In this document: positions 20,963-30,735 of the stretch, one piece after another
Layout: the number at the start of each line of letters is the position of its first letter
How positions within the stretch are numbered: position 1 is the first letter of the stretch
Source: Pirellulales bacterium
Lineage (GTDB): Bacteria > Planctomycetota > Planctomycetia > Pirellulales > JAICIG01
DNA length: 33,494 bases
Reading direction: 5' to 3'
Assembly (NCBI GenBank): GCA_040901675.1
Contig: JBBDYJ010000022.1
Span: 1-33,494, forward strand
Program-made: the position numbers and the translations under genes
The notes under the pieces: generated by a model
Database searches by the model: none
Told to the model about the DNA's origin: nothing
The model's input: only the letters and a program-made list of their open reading frames with translations

Positions 20963-21265
20963 TCAAGCCAGGACCTTGTTCAGCGACTCGCGGATCTCCT
21001 GCTCGATCTTCCCCTTGAACATCATGGCGGCAAACGGGATGTCGCCGTCGAGCTTCACTTCGTTCTCCTCCACCGTCGTCGCCCCGCCGATCTTGAAGCC
21101 GAACGTGGTGAAGCTGAACTTGAGCAGGTTGCCGACCCATTCCTCTTGCAAGTTCGAAACCTGGTCCTTGTGACGCTCCTTGATCTTGGCCAGAAGGCCT
21201 TTCAGCCGCTCGGTGGCCTGCTCGCGGCCCAGCGTGTGCGGTACGGACATCGAGAACTTGGGCAT
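20963..21265 (-). CDS. Polyhydroxyalkanoic acid system family (PHA_gran_rgn-like) small protein
   Basis: VPHTLGREQATERLK...W.GN.L.F...KGKIEQEIR pattern; about 100 aa; AAAGGA RBS. Confidence 0.75.
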   Translation of the reverse strand: MPKFSMSVPHTLGREQATERLKGLLAKIKERHKDQVSNLQEEWVGNLLKFSFTTFGFKIGGATTVEENEVKLDGDIPFAAMMFKGKIEQEIRESLNKVLA

Positions 21266-21305
21266 CGGGGGTGGTCCTTTCACCAAAAGAGAAAATGGCG
21301 GCGGC

Positions 21306-22148
21306 TCAGGCCAGCCTGGCCTTGAGCTCCTCGAGCAACCGCAGGGCCTGGCCGATCTCCGACTTCTGCCGCTCGGGCTCCTGGGCGATCTCGCGCTCGA
21401 TGGTCAACGGTCCGCTGTAGCCGATCGCGGCCAGCGTCGACAAGTATTTCTCCATGCCGACGTCGCCCTTGCCCAGCGGCACCTCGGCGCCCCACTCCTG
21501 GCCCGGACGCTTGGCCCAGGTGGCATCCTTGCAGTGTACGCTGCGCACGTACCGGCCCACCTTGCGCAGGGCCTCGATCGGCTCGCCGGAACCGTAGAGG
21601 ATCATGTTGGCCGGGTCGAAGTTGATGAACAGGTTGTCGCGCTCGACGTCTTGGATAAATCGCAGCAGCGTATCGGCCGGCTCCTGCCCGGTCTCCAGGT
21701 GCAGCGCCTGGCCGTTGCCGCGGCAATGATCGCAGACTTCGCGGGTCACCGTCAGCACCTCCGTGTACAGCGGGTCCCTGGAATCGTGGGGCACGAAGCC
21801 CAGGTGCAGGGCCACCACGTCGCAACCCAGCAGCCGGGCAAAGTCGGAGATCTCCTTCATCTCGCGGGTCCGCGCCGCGCGGGTCTCCGGTGGAACCAGG
21901 CCGATGGTCTTGATCACCGTGGGAATGTCGGCGTAGCTTTCTCCCTCGAACCCGCCAAACACGGCCGTCAGCGTGATTCCCGCCTCGTCCAGCCGCTTCA
22001 GAAATCCCTCCGCCTGCTGGGGCGTGCGGGTCGCCTTGGCCGGCGCGTGGAGCTGGATGGTCGGCACGTCCAGCTCGCGGGCCACCTCCAGCTTCACTCC
22101 CAGCCCCGCGTCGATGCTGGCGAACACGCCAATCGGCCACTTTTCCAC
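21306..22148 (-). CDS. Sugar phosphate isomerase/epimerase (xylose isomerase-like TIM barrel)
   Basis: Metal-binding motifs LETGQE, NFDPAN, HCKD, LGKGDV, TIERE. Confidence 0.9.
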   Translation of the reverse strand: MEKWPIGVFASIDAGLGVKLEVARELDVPTIQLHAPAKATRTPQQAEGFLKRLDEAGITLTAVFGGFEGESYADIPTVIKTIGLVPPETRAARTREMKEISDFARLLGCDVVALHLGFVPHDSRDPLYTEVLTVTREVCDHCRGNGQALHLETGQEPADTLLRFIQDVERDNLFINFDPANMILYGSGEPIEALRKVGRYVRSVHCKDATWAKRPGQEWGAEVPLGKGDVGMEKYLSTLAAIGYSGPLTIEREIAQEPERQKSEIGQALRLLEELKARLA

Positions 22149-22175
22149 GATCCGCTCCTGTTTGGTCTGCTGCGG

Positions 22176-23837
22176 TTAAACCGCCATCGACGGCTTCTCG
22201 CCGTCGGGCGTCGCGTCGCTGTCGATATCGAACCACTCGCGCTTGAATTCGATCCGCCGGCCCTCGTTCCCCGCGCTCATCGCCAGGTTGCTCGTCAAGG
22301 CGATCACCGCGTCGGCCAGGGCCACTTCCGGATGGCACTTGGGCTGGTTGCTCTCGTAATCGAAGTTGCGGATGCACCAGGCAAAGTGCTCGATCTCCTC
22401 GGTGTAGCCGCGGCTCACGGGCCCCGCTTCCAGCGCCTGCTTGCCCACCGCGGCGCCGGCGCCCGGGCTTTCGCTCGTGCTCAGCACCGGGGCGTCTCCC
22501 TTGCCCTTGGTCACCTTGATGTTGGTCTGCGTGTCCGAGCCTTTGAAGACCATCACTTCCTGCTCGCGTTCCAGAATCAGCGTGCCCTGGGTGCCCATCA
22601 CGATCTCGCCGTAGCCGCCGAATCCGTTGCCGTTGATCGACGAGTAGGTGACGACGATCTTCTTGTTCGGGTCGTCCTGGTAGCCGGGGCCGGGATACTC
22701 GTACATGCAGTACACGTGATCGTCCACTTCACGGTTGAGCGGGTAGAGGTGCCTCCCGCCCATGGCCGACACGGTCAGCGGCAACGCCTTCTGGCCGTCG
22801 TCGCGGATCGCCGTGCAGAAGATGCCGGCCGCGTCGAGCTGGTGGCTGCCCAGCTCGGCCATCAGGCCCCCGCCGGTCCGGTTCCAAAGCCGCCAGCGAA
22901 TCAGCTCCTCCAGCGGCGTACACTGGTACGTGTTCGATCCTTCGCTGAGCGTCTTTTCCTGGTAGCCGTAGCGGGCGGCGTCGACGCCTTCGTCCATTAG
23001 CCGCTGGCGGATCTCGGCGATCTTCCCGCTCACCGCCTCGCGGCGGGCGTTGTCCTTGGCCTCGGCCAGCTTCTTCTCGAACTCGGCCAGCTCTTTTTTC
23101 AGCGTCTCGTCGGGCAGCGGCTGGTACCAGCTATCCGCCGTGCGGTGCCACTGGGCGCGGATGTGGTGCAAATCGCCCAGCAGGCCTCGCTTGATCGTAT
23201 CGACCGCGTTGTCATACAGGATGTTGTAGTGCCGCTGGTGCCCGGTCGCCAGCAGCTTCTTCGTCTGCCTCGACACGCGGGCCATGTTCTTGCACTGGGC
23301 GACGCTGTAGCCCATCAGCTTCTCGGTCAGCACGTGCTTGCCGGCCCGCATCGCCTCGATGGCCACCGCGTCGTGCAGGTGCAACGGCAGGGCGATCACC
23401 ACGGCCTCCACGGCCGGGTCGTTGATCAGGTCGTGATAGTCCTGGTCGTAGACCTTGACGTGCTTGCGGGCCTCGTCCTCGCTCGACCAGCCGCGCTTGG
23501 CCATCAGCCCCGGCCGATGATTGAGCGCCGTCACGTCGCCGTGGAATGTCCGGTGGATGTTGTAAGGCCGGATGTCGGCGACGGCCACGATCTCGACGTA
23601 CTCGGGCGTGTGGGCGCCGATCAGCACGCCGCCTTCGTCGCCGCTGCCGATCAGGCCGATCCGCACCGGATCGCCTCCCAGCTTGCCGTATCCAAAGTAA
23701 AACGATCCCAGCCCGGCGCCGGAAACGACCCCGGCCGCGATGCTCCCCTGCAGGAACTCGCGCCGCGTCAATTCATCGCCGATGGCGGCATGGAAGTTGG
23801 CCTTACCGACGGCTTTTTGTTCTGCGGTCAGGTGCAT
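22176..23837 (-). CDS. Gfo/Idh/MocA family NAD(P) oxidoreductase with Tat-like signal
   Basis: TRREFL twin-Arg motif, IGLIGSGDEG, GKHVLTEK, GHQRH, ELGSHQLD. Start at 23837 follows a GAGAGG RBS; in-frame alternative at 23903. Confidence 0.92.
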   Translation of the reverse strand: MHLTAEQKAVGKANFHAAIGDELTRREFLQGSIAAGVVSGAGLGSFYFGYGKLGGDPVRIGLIGSGDEGGVLIGAHTPEYVEIVAVADIRPYNIHRTFHGDVTALNHRPGLMAKRGWSSEDEARKHVKVYDQDYHDLINDPAVEAVVIALPLHLHDAVAIEAMRAGKHVLTEKLMGYSVAQCKNMARVSRQTKKLLATGHQRHYNILYDNAVDTIKRGLLGDLHHIRAQWHRTADSWYQPLPDETLKKELAEFEKKLAEAKDNARREAVSGKIAEIRQRLMDEGVDAARYGYQEKTLSEGSNTYQCTPLEELIRWRLWNRTGGGLMAELGSHQLDAAGIFCTAIRDDGQKALPLTVSAMGGRHLYPLNREVDDHVYCMYEYPGPGYQDDPNKKIVVTYSSINGNGFGGYGEIVMGTQGTLILEREQEVMVFKGSDTQTNIKVTKGKGDAPVLSTSESPGAGAAVGKQALEAGPVSRGYTEEIEHFAWCIRNFDYESNQPKCHPEVALADAVIALTSNLAMSAGNEGRRIEFKREWFDIDSDATPDGEKPSMAV

Positions 23838-23843
23838 GGCGGT

Positions 23844-23896
23844 TGCCTCTCGAAAAATCTGCCTCTCGAAAAATCTGCCTCTCGAAAAATCTGCCT
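23844..23896. repeat. Perfect 16-bp tandem repeat (GCCTCTCGAAAAATCT x3.3)
   Basis: Identical units at 23845, 23861 and 23877. Confidence 0.97.
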
Positions 23897-23923
23897 GTTT
23901 CATCCCGGCCGTTTCAGCCCGAG

Positions 23924-24871
23924 CTATTGCTTCCTACTGAAAATCGGCCGGACGAGCAGGTGATGAATAAAGTAGTCGAGTCCTCCCCAGCGGCCCACCC
24001 GCGTGGTGGCCAGGGCGAACAGGGCCATCATTTCCACGAATTCCTTGGTAACGATCAGGCTGCGGCCCGTCGAGGGGGGCGGCGGCGGATACAGGCCCGG
24101 CCAGTCGGGCTGCGCCAGCACGATCGACAGCAGAAACAGGCCCCCACCCAAGGCGGCCAGCCGCGTGAACAATCCGGCGATCAGGCAGGCGCCGATGGCG
24201 ATGTTGCTGTAGGTGACCAGCATGTCCATCTTTTCGATCTGCCTGACCGGCTCCACGGGCGGCGACGTTTCGCGCTGCGCGCCGACGAGCAGCGCGTCCA
24301 GGTCGCGCTTGAACAGTCCGTAGATGCGATCCAGCTCCGCCAGCCAGGTCCTGGCTTGGGCCTTCAGCTCCGCCTTCTTGCTCCACAACCGCTCCTGCAC
24401 ATACGGCATGCCCGGCGAGACCGCCGTCGTGCCCGCCTGGCCGGCTTCTCGCTCGGCCTTGACCTTTTGCTCGCCCCCTTTTCCCGCCGCCTGCCTGGCC
24501 CGGTCCAGCCGTTGAAGCTCGTACAGGTATTCTTCGATCTCTTCCCTGTTCTCGTCCAGGTAGCTACTGGTCTGCGTCTTGTGCGCCTCGAGCACCGCCG
24601 TGGCCGAGGCTATTTGTTCGTCGCTGGGCCGGTAGTGCTCCTTGAACTTCTCGAAGTACCGGTCGAGCCGCTCGGTGTGTTGCCCCCACCTGGCCGGATC
24701 GAGCCGCTCTCGCCCGTCCTCATCGGGAACGAGCTTCACGAACTTGTCGGCCAGTGGTCCCTTGGCCTGGCTCAGGAAGCCTTCGGACGAGAACTCCGGG
24801 TGCTCGAGCTTCCAGAGCCCGGCATACAGAAAATGCCAGCCGATGGTGATCCGCAGCAGGACCAGCATCAT
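23924..24871 (-). CDS. DoxX family membrane protein with large helical extracytoplasmic insertion
   Basis: LLRITIGWHFLYAGLWK, IGACLIAGLFTRLAA, GRWGGLD. The exact start is uncertain. Confidence 0.85.
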   Translation of the reverse strand: MMLVLLRITIGWHFLYAGLWKLEHPEFSSEGFLSQAKGPLADKFVKLVPDEDGRERLDPARWGQHTERLDRYFEKFKEHYRPSDEQIASATAVLEAHKTQTSSYLDENREEIEEYLYELQRLDRARQAAGKGGEQKVKAEREAGQAGTTAVSPGMPYVQERLWSKKAELKAQARTWLAELDRIYGLFKRDLDALLVGAQRETSPPVEPVRQIEKMDMLVTYSNIAIGACLIAGLFTRLAALGGGLFLLSIVLAQPDWPGLYPPPPPSTGRSLIVTKEFVEMMALFALATTRVGRWGGLDYFIHHLLVRPIFSRKQ

Positions 24872-25209
24872 CACCGCCGGCAGACCAAGTTGAAATGGAT
24901 GTCGGCTCAGAGATCCCCCTCCCGCCTGCCGCCGCCAGTGTGCCGGCGGTTGGCCACCGCCGGCCGATAACCCTCGAACGCCGTAACCCATTTATTCTAA
25001 TCGTTCTGCTGAAAAGTGCAGCCCCCTCCACCTTTTTCGGCGAGGTCGCCCCACGTTTCCAGCGGATCGCGGCAGCGACCCCCACCGGCCCATGGGCCAC
25101 TCTGCTCACCGCCGCCTGGTTCGGCCGGCGCGGTCAATGCGCCGCCAGTTGCCCCGCGGCGGACCAAACCGCCGCCGGCCTGGTTGGTCGGGCGAGCGGT
25201 ACGCGTTGT

Positions 25210-25238
25210 TTGCACCACCCGCTACCCGGCGCTAGAAT
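25210..25238 (+). promoter_or_regulatory. Sigma70-like promoter, probably giving a leaderless mRNA
   Basis: TTGCAC-17 nt-TAGAAT, with ATG 25246 seven nt after the -10 element. Confidence 0.55.
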
Positions 25239-25245
25239 CCCAGTT

Positions 25246-26370
25246 ATGAGTGATTCCCAGGCTAGCGAGCCCTCATTGGCACGCACGCGATTCAAGTTCT
25301 GTCGCCGAACGGTGCTGGTGGCTCTCGCCGTGCTTTGCTCCGTTTTTGCGGTGGTCGCGGCGAGCGTCGCCTATGTGGTTGCCAACGATCCACAAAGGCA
25401 ATTCCTTAAGGCCGCCGCCGCACAGGGCAAGGGCTATGTGATCTACGACGGCCGGGATTTGGTTTGCTTCGCATCCTCGGTCCACGTGACCGACGACGAT
25501 CTGCCACTGTTGGTGGAGCTGGGTCACGGCACGCTCGACCAGCTCGATATTCATGATTCCTCGGTCACTGATGCGGGAATGGTTCATCTCCGGGGCTTGA
25601 AGAAATTGGAGAAGTTCGGGATTTCCAGCGAAGCTTTGACGGACCGGGGACTTGCCGAATTGGCGTTCCACAAGAACCTGACGCGTTTGGATATTTCGCG
25701 CACGCGGGTGACCGACACGGGATTGGCCTTTCTCTCGGGTTTGCCCCAGCTCAAGGAGTTGCATTTGGACTATACGCCGGTGACTGACGCCGGGCTTGCG
25801 CACCTGGCTGGCCTGAAGAACCTCGAATCCTTGCGTCTCGTCGGGACCAAGATTACCGATGCCGGGCTGGTACACTTGCGGGAGACGCCGCATCTAAGGA
25901 TGCTGGTCCTGAGTGAAACGACGATCACCGATGCGGGCATGATCCACTTGGCGCCGCTCAGGGAACTGTCAATGCTAATCCTCTACCGAACGCGGGTTGG
26001 CGGTGCTGGTTTCGAGCATTTCCGCGGCATGTCCAACCTCTCCTGGCTCTACCTGATGGAATCGCCAGTGGAGGACACGGCATTGGAGCATCTATCCCGA
26101 CTGCCCAACCTGTCCAGCCTGGAGTTGGATGGAAGCAACGGGACGGATGCCGGGCTGGCGCACCTCGCGGGAGCGCCCAACTTGGATCGCCTGTCGCTAT
26201 CCGGAACTAGAGTGACCGATGCCGGTCTGGGGCACTTGAAAGGAAACAGCGCGCTGCGAATGCTCTGGATCATGAACTGCCCCGATCTGACCGACGCCGC
26301 AGTGGCTGAACTGCAAAAAGCGCTGCCTCGCTGCACGATCAGCCACCGGCACTTTATCGCCGAAATGTGA
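25246..26370 (+). CDS. Leucine-rich repeat protein with N-terminal membrane anchor
   Basis: About 11 24-aa repeats of LxxLxLxxTxVTDAGLxHL; N-terminal hydrophobic helix. Confidence 0.92.
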   Translation: MSDSQASEPSLARTRFKFCRRTVLVALAVLCSVFAVVAASVAYVVANDPQRQFLKAAAAQGKGYVIYDGRDLVCFASSVHVTDDDLPLLVELGHGTLDQLDIHDSSVTDAGMVHLRGLKKLEKFGISSEALTDRGLAELAFHKNLTRLDISRTRVTDTGLAFLSGLPQLKELHLDYTPVTDAGLAHLAGLKNLESLRLVGTKITDAGLVHLRETPHLRMLVLSETTITDAGMIHLAPLRELSMLILYRTRVGGAGFEHFRGMSNLSWLYLMESPVEDTALEHLSRLPNLSSLELDGSNGTDAGLAHLAGAPNLDRLSLSGTRVTDAGLGHLKGNSALRMLWIMNCPDLTDAAVAELQKALPRCTISHRHFIAEM

Positions 26371-26487
26371 GTCCAAGACGCCTCCGTCACGGCGAACCAC
26401 TACGCCTGGAGAGAGTCGAACGCATATCGCATGACCGATGCCACTGCTCGCACTTGAGCACGTCGGCCAGCCTGCGGCGGCTCGTCG

Positions 26488-26841
26488 TCAGGTTCCGTTC
26501 TCCTTTGCGAGCACTTCGCCGATCTCTTGGACGGCGGCGTTCAGCGACGCGACGGCCATCTTGAAATTGGTATGGTCCGAGACCTGCGGCCGCAGGGCTT
26601 CGAACTGTTCGGCCGCCCGCTTCAGTTTGCCGTACTTTTTGCGTGCCGCCTTGAGATACTCGGCGGCGTTGGCATCGGCCCAGGCCGGCCCCACGGCCAG
26701 GTTGTAGTCGTACAGCGCGCGGACCACGTCCATCAGCTCTTCGTCGTCCTCGGCCTCCTCCGAGTGCTTGACAAAGGTCCGTACCATCCAGACGTGGCTC
26801 AACAGCACGTCGATCCGCCGCATCGCTTGATCGGGGTTCAC
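26488..26841 (-). CDS. Small all-helical hypothetical protein
   Basis: Coding-like composition with an amphipathic helical pattern (LLSHVWMVRTFVKH...HTNFKMA). Confidence 0.75.
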   Translation of the reverse strand: MNPDQAMRRIDVLLSHVWMVRTFVKHSEEAEDDEELMDVVRALYDYNLAVGPAWADANAAEYLKAARKKYGKLKRAAEQFEALRPQVSDHTNFKMAVASLNAAVQEIGEVLAKENGT

Positions 26842-27119
26842 ATCCGTCAGGGATACGCCGCGGGAACAACGGCGTCAACGGGGCATGGCACGTGGAGGGC
26901 GGACCTGATCAGCCCTTCTCACCTGCCCCCGTTGGCCCTTTCCCCTTTGCCTCAGCCAGCGGCTCCTTGCGATGGACGATCGGCGGGCACTTTTCGGCCA
27001 TCTCGGCGTTCAGTGCAATTGTCGCTGCCGGCGCAAGTTCGGTTAAGATAGTTCTCCTGCTGCGGCGCCAACGCGGCAGAGGCCGTGCCCATATTTCTTC
27101 AACTAGCCGAGTGAGCGCC

Positions 27120-28673
27120 ATGCACCGTCTTTTCTGTATCCTCTTGGCGCTCGCAGCGCCGGCGGCCTGTGCCGCCGAGGCGGCCCAAAAGCCGAACATC
27201 GTTTATATCCTGGCCGATGACCTGGGCTATGGCGACGTGGGCTGCCTGAATCCCCAAGGCAAGATTCCGACGCCGCACATCGACCGCCTGGCGCGGGAGG
27301 GCATGGTCTTCACCGATGCGCATTCAGGCTCGTCGGTCTGCTCGCCCACGCGCTACGGCATTCTGACCGGGCGATACAGTTGGCGGTCCCGGCTCAAGAG
27401 CGGCGTGCTGGGCGGGCTGAGCCCGCGGCTCATCGAACCGGGGCGGCTGACCGTGGCGTCGCTATTGCAACAGCAGGGCTACCACACGGCCTGCCTCGGC
27501 AAGTGGCACCTGGGCATGGACTGGGCGCTGCTCGAGGGGAAGCCGGTGTCGGAGCTGTCCATCGAAACGCCCGAGCAGGTCTGGAACGTCGACTTTTCGC
27601 AGGCGATCGCCGCCGGCCCGAACAGCGTCGGCTTCGACTACTACTTCGGCATCAGCGCATCGCTCGACATGGTCCCCTATACGTTCATCGAGAACGATCG
27701 CGTCAGCGTGGTGCCAACCCGCGACGCCGAGTTTGCCATGGTGCTGGGCCGCCAGGCGGGCAAGACGCGCCGCGGTCCTGCGGCGGAAGGTTTTGACGCG
27801 ATGCACGTGCTGCCGGCCATCCGCCGCAAGGCCGTGGAGTATATCGGCCAGCGGGCCGCCGACGAAAGCGGCAGGCCCTTCTTTCTTTACATGCCGCTTG
27901 CGTCGCCCCACACGCCGATCCTGCCGACGGAGCAGTGGCGGGGCAAGAGCGGGCTGAACCCGTACGGCGACTTCGTGATGGAAACGGACGCCGCGGTTGG
28001 CGCGGTGCTGGAGGCGCTGGACCGTCACGGGCTGGCGCGTGATACGCTGGTCATCTTCACCAGCGACAACGGCTGCTCGCCGATGGCCGATTTCGACGAA
28101 TTGCAGGCCCAGGGTCACCATCCGAGCCATGTTTTTCGAGGCCACAAGGCCGACATTTTCGAGGGCGGGCATCGCGTGCCGTTTCTGGTCCGCTGGCCGG
28201 CGAGAGTGACGGGGGGCTCGACGAGCGATCGGCTTGTATGCTTGACCGACCTCGTGGCCACTTGTGCCGAGATCGTCGGCGTCGCGCTGCCGGATACTGC
28301 CGGCGAGGACAGCGTGAGCTTTCTCCCCACGCTCCTTGGCAGAGGCGACGGGCCGCCCCGCGAGGCAGTGGTGCACCATTCGGTCAACGGTTCGTTTGCC
28401 ATCCGGCAGGGCCGCTGGAAGCTTTGTCTTTGTCCCGATTCCGGCGGCTGGAGCGATCCCCGGCCCGGACAGGCTCCGGCCGGCGCCGCGCCGGTGCAGT
28501 TGTTCGATCTGGCCGAAGACATCGGCGAACGCGTCAATCTGGCCGACAAGCGGCCGGAGGTGGTCGAATTGCTGACCGGGCTGTTGGAGGAATACGTCGA
28601 GCGGGGCCGCAGCACGCCGGGCGCCCGGCAGCCGAACACCGCGCCCGTGACGATTCGCCGCCCGCGGATGTAG
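27120..28673 (+). CDS. Formylglycine-dependent sulfatase (arylsulfatase A-like), exported
   Basis: Signal peptide, PNIVYILADDLGYGD, CSPTR..LTGR, GKWHLG, SDNG, EGGHRVP. Confidence 0.96.
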   Translation: MHRLFCILLALAAPAACAAEAAQKPNIVYILADDLGYGDVGCLNPQGKIPTPHIDRLAREGMVFTDAHSGSSVCSPTRYGILTGRYSWRSRLKSGVLGGLSPRLIEPGRLTVASLLQQQGYHTACLGKWHLGMDWALLEGKPVSELSIETPEQVWNVDFSQAIAAGPNSVGFDYYFGISASLDMVPYTFIENDRVSVVPTRDAEFAMVLGRQAGKTRRGPAAEGFDAMHVLPAIRRKAVEYIGQRAADESGRPFFLYMPLASPHTPILPTEQWRGKSGLNPYGDFVMETDAAVGAVLEALDRHGLARDTLVIFTSDNGCSPMADFDELQAQGHHPSHVFRGHKADIFEGGHRVPFLVRWPARVTGGSTSDRLVCLTDLVATCAEIVGVALPDTAGEDSVSFLPTLLGRGDGPPREAVVHHSVNGSFAIRQGRWKLCLCPDSGGWSDPRPGQAPAGAAPVQLFDLAEDIGERVNLADKRPEVVELLTGLLEEYVERGRSTPGARQPNTAPVTIRRPRM

Positions 28674-28679
28674 CCCGCT

Positions 28680-28715
28680 CACAGTAGCCCTCACGGTCCG
28701 CGTGAGGTAGCTGTG
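28680..28715. repeat. GTAG-type REP-like palindrome
   Basis: GTAG followed by CCTCACG-GTCCG-CGTGAGG, with an outer CACAG/CTGTG stem. Confidence 0.5.
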
Positions 28716-28840
28716 GCCGGCCCCTCCTTGTGGTACCTTAATGTCAGCGGCTGCTCCCTCACAGTGCACGCATCGCTGACAGGACGTGCTGAGCAGAAAG
28801 ACCAAACAACGGGCCTACAAAAGGATAGGAGGACCGTGCC

Positions 28841-29614
28841 ATGGCGAAGCGTAAAAAGCGACAAAAGCGTCGTCAACGGCCGCTCACCAGGCCGGCGGAC
28901 GAGTTCGCGAAACGCGGCTGCGAACATCTGTTGGAAGGGGACCATAAGTGGGCGATTCTGGATTTCAGCGACGCGCTCGACCGGGGCCTGCAGGCCGGCC
29001 GCTCCGACATCCATTTGTTACGCAGCGCGAGCTACGTCCGTGAAGGCGACACGGATCGTGTGTTTGCCGACAGCGACGCCGCGATTCGGCTGGGCACGGA
29101 CTCATCGCTCCCGTTTGCCTCTCGCGGCATAGCTCATTTCATACGGGGCCGGCACGACGAGGCCATTGCCGACCTCAGCCAGGCGATTCGCATCAGCCCC
29201 GACGCCACGCCGGCGTACTTGATACGGGGCAAGGCGCGGATGCAGCAGCGCGCCTATGGTCAGGCGATCGACGATTTCACGGCGGCGATCCGCCTCAACC
29301 CCGACATAAAGGATGGTTACTTCGAGCGGGGAGTCGCCTATAGCTGCCTGGGCGAACACGACAAGGCGATCGCCGATTTGACGGAAGCGATTCGACGCGG
29401 CCAGCAGCCCTCTACGGCCCACGGGGTGCGTGGGCTCGGCTACGCCCAAAAGGGGGAGTACCAGCGGGCGATCGCCGATTTTTCCGAGGCGATCCGCATC
29501 GACCCCAAGAACCCCACGAGCTACGCGAGCCGTGCCGCCGCCCATCGCGCCTCGGGCGACGAGCCCAGTGCCCTCATCGACGAACGCAAGGCGCACGAGC
29601 TGGCTCGCAGGTGA
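28841..29614 (+). CDS. Tetratricopeptide repeat protein
   Basis: About 6 TPRs (AIADLSQAIRISP, AIDDFTAAIRLNP, AIADFSEAIRIDP); AGGAGG RBS. Confidence 0.92.
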   Translation: MAKRKKRQKRRQRPLTRPADEFAKRGCEHLLEGDHKWAILDFSDALDRGLQAGRSDIHLLRSASYVREGDTDRVFADSDAAIRLGTDSSLPFASRGIAHFIRGRHDEAIADLSQAIRISPDATPAYLIRGKARMQQRAYGQAIDDFTAAIRLNPDIKDGYFERGVAYSCLGEHDKAIADLTEAIRRGQQPSTAHGVRGLGYAQKGEYQRAIADFSEAIRIDPKNPTSYASRAAAHRASGDEPSALIDERKAHELARR

Positions 29615-29771
29615 CTGCTAACCAACTCGAGCGCCAAACTTCAATCCTAACGGAGTACACGCCACAGGGCTGGAACCTGTAACCTTCCGGTTCCATAGCG
29701 CAAATGTCCGCGGTTTTTTTGCCCTGCCGCCGGCCGGCCGTATCCTAGCAGCAGGAAAGGAGGCGACTCTT

Positions 29772-30488
29772 TTGGAGCCCAGCACGCGGAACATCGCATC
29801 AGGCGTCTTCTGGGGCCTGGTGCTTTTCTTCATCGTCCTGCCGCTTTCCGTCGGGCTGACCGGGCTCGTCATCGGCCTGCTGATCGGCGCGGAGAATCCC
29901 GTCGCCCGGCTGCCTCCCGCCCCAGAGGACTCTGCTAGCCGAGAGCCCCCACCGGCCCCAGCCCCGTCGGAGATCGCCGGCGAAGGCGAAGATCCAGGCG
30001 AGGCGCCGCCCGAGCCGGTCCGCCGAAGGCGGAGGGAACCGGCCGACAACGCCGTGCCGCGCGAGGCCGAGCCGCAGGCCCAGCCCGATCCGGTCCTGCC
30101 GCCGGCCGCGCCAGAGCCACCGGCGGTCGAGCCGGCCGCGGCCGAGGACCCCGATCCAGCCGAGGATCGTGATCTTGGGCCGCTGGGCGCGCGTCTGGCC
30201 GACCTCTCCACGCTCGACGACGAGCGCCGGGCAGAACTGGAGATACCGCCGGGCACAATCGGCGGTGTGCTGGTGGTCGAGGTCCTGCCCGAGAGCGCCG
30301 CCTTCCGCGCCGGCATCCAGCAGGACGACCTGCTCACGCACGTCGGCGGCGCTCGCTTGCGGGACCTGGAGCAAATCGAGCGCTGGCTGCGCCGCTACGG
30401 CACGCCCGGCGCCCTGGGACAACTCCAGCTATCGCGCCGCGTGGACGACAGGAACCGCCGCCTAGTGAGGGTGCTGGTGAGGTTCTAG
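29772..30488 (+). CDS. Membrane-anchored PDZ-domain protein
   Basis: N-terminal TM, Pro/Glu linker, GVLVVEVLPESAAFRAGIQQDDLLTHVGG. AGGAGG RBS before TTG. Confidence 0.85.
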   Translation: MEPSTRNIASGVFWGLVLFFIVLPLSVGLTGLVIGLLIGAENPVARLPPAPEDSASREPPPAPAPSEIAGEGEDPGEAPPEPVRRRRREPADNAVPREAEPQAQPDPVLPPAAPEPPAVEPAAAEDPDPAEDRDLGPLGARLADLSTLDDERRAELEIPPGTIGGVLVVEVLPESAAFRAGIQQDDLLTHVGGARLRDLEQIERWLRRYGTPGALGQLQLSRRVDDRNRRLVRVLVRF

Positions 30489-30735
30489 GTGTCACTCGGC
30501 CATGGCGGATTTGCAAGCCGCCGCCCAGCACCGAAGAGCCGGAGCACGTTTTTGTTGCGGTCGGTGCGGGGCTGGGGTACGCTACCCGGCGGCGACGAGA
30601 CCGAGACCAGGATAGGGATCTTCTATGTACACACGGGGCCGGGGCGTTCTTGACATCCGAGGCGCCGCGGCCTCCTCTTTCGCGGCCAAAACAAACTTAG
30701 GACCGTCCCCGGCCTTCCCGGGGCACGCTGCGCCC

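Noticed and set aside
20963..21265. Evidence for PHA biosynthesis
   Set aside because: The family name alone is not evidence; no phaC, phaA or phaB genes are in the window.
23844..23896. Possible CRISPR array
   Set aside because: Units are 16 bp, contiguous and without spacers; no cas genes are present.
21180..24970. Long + strand ORFs (606, 272 and 474 aa)
   Set aside because: Antisense to the well-supported DoxX, oxidoreductase and isomerase genes.
29615..29760. Possible attC after the TPR gene (TGCTAAC just past the stop)
   Set aside because: No matching L boxes, stem or properly placed GTTRRRY were found.
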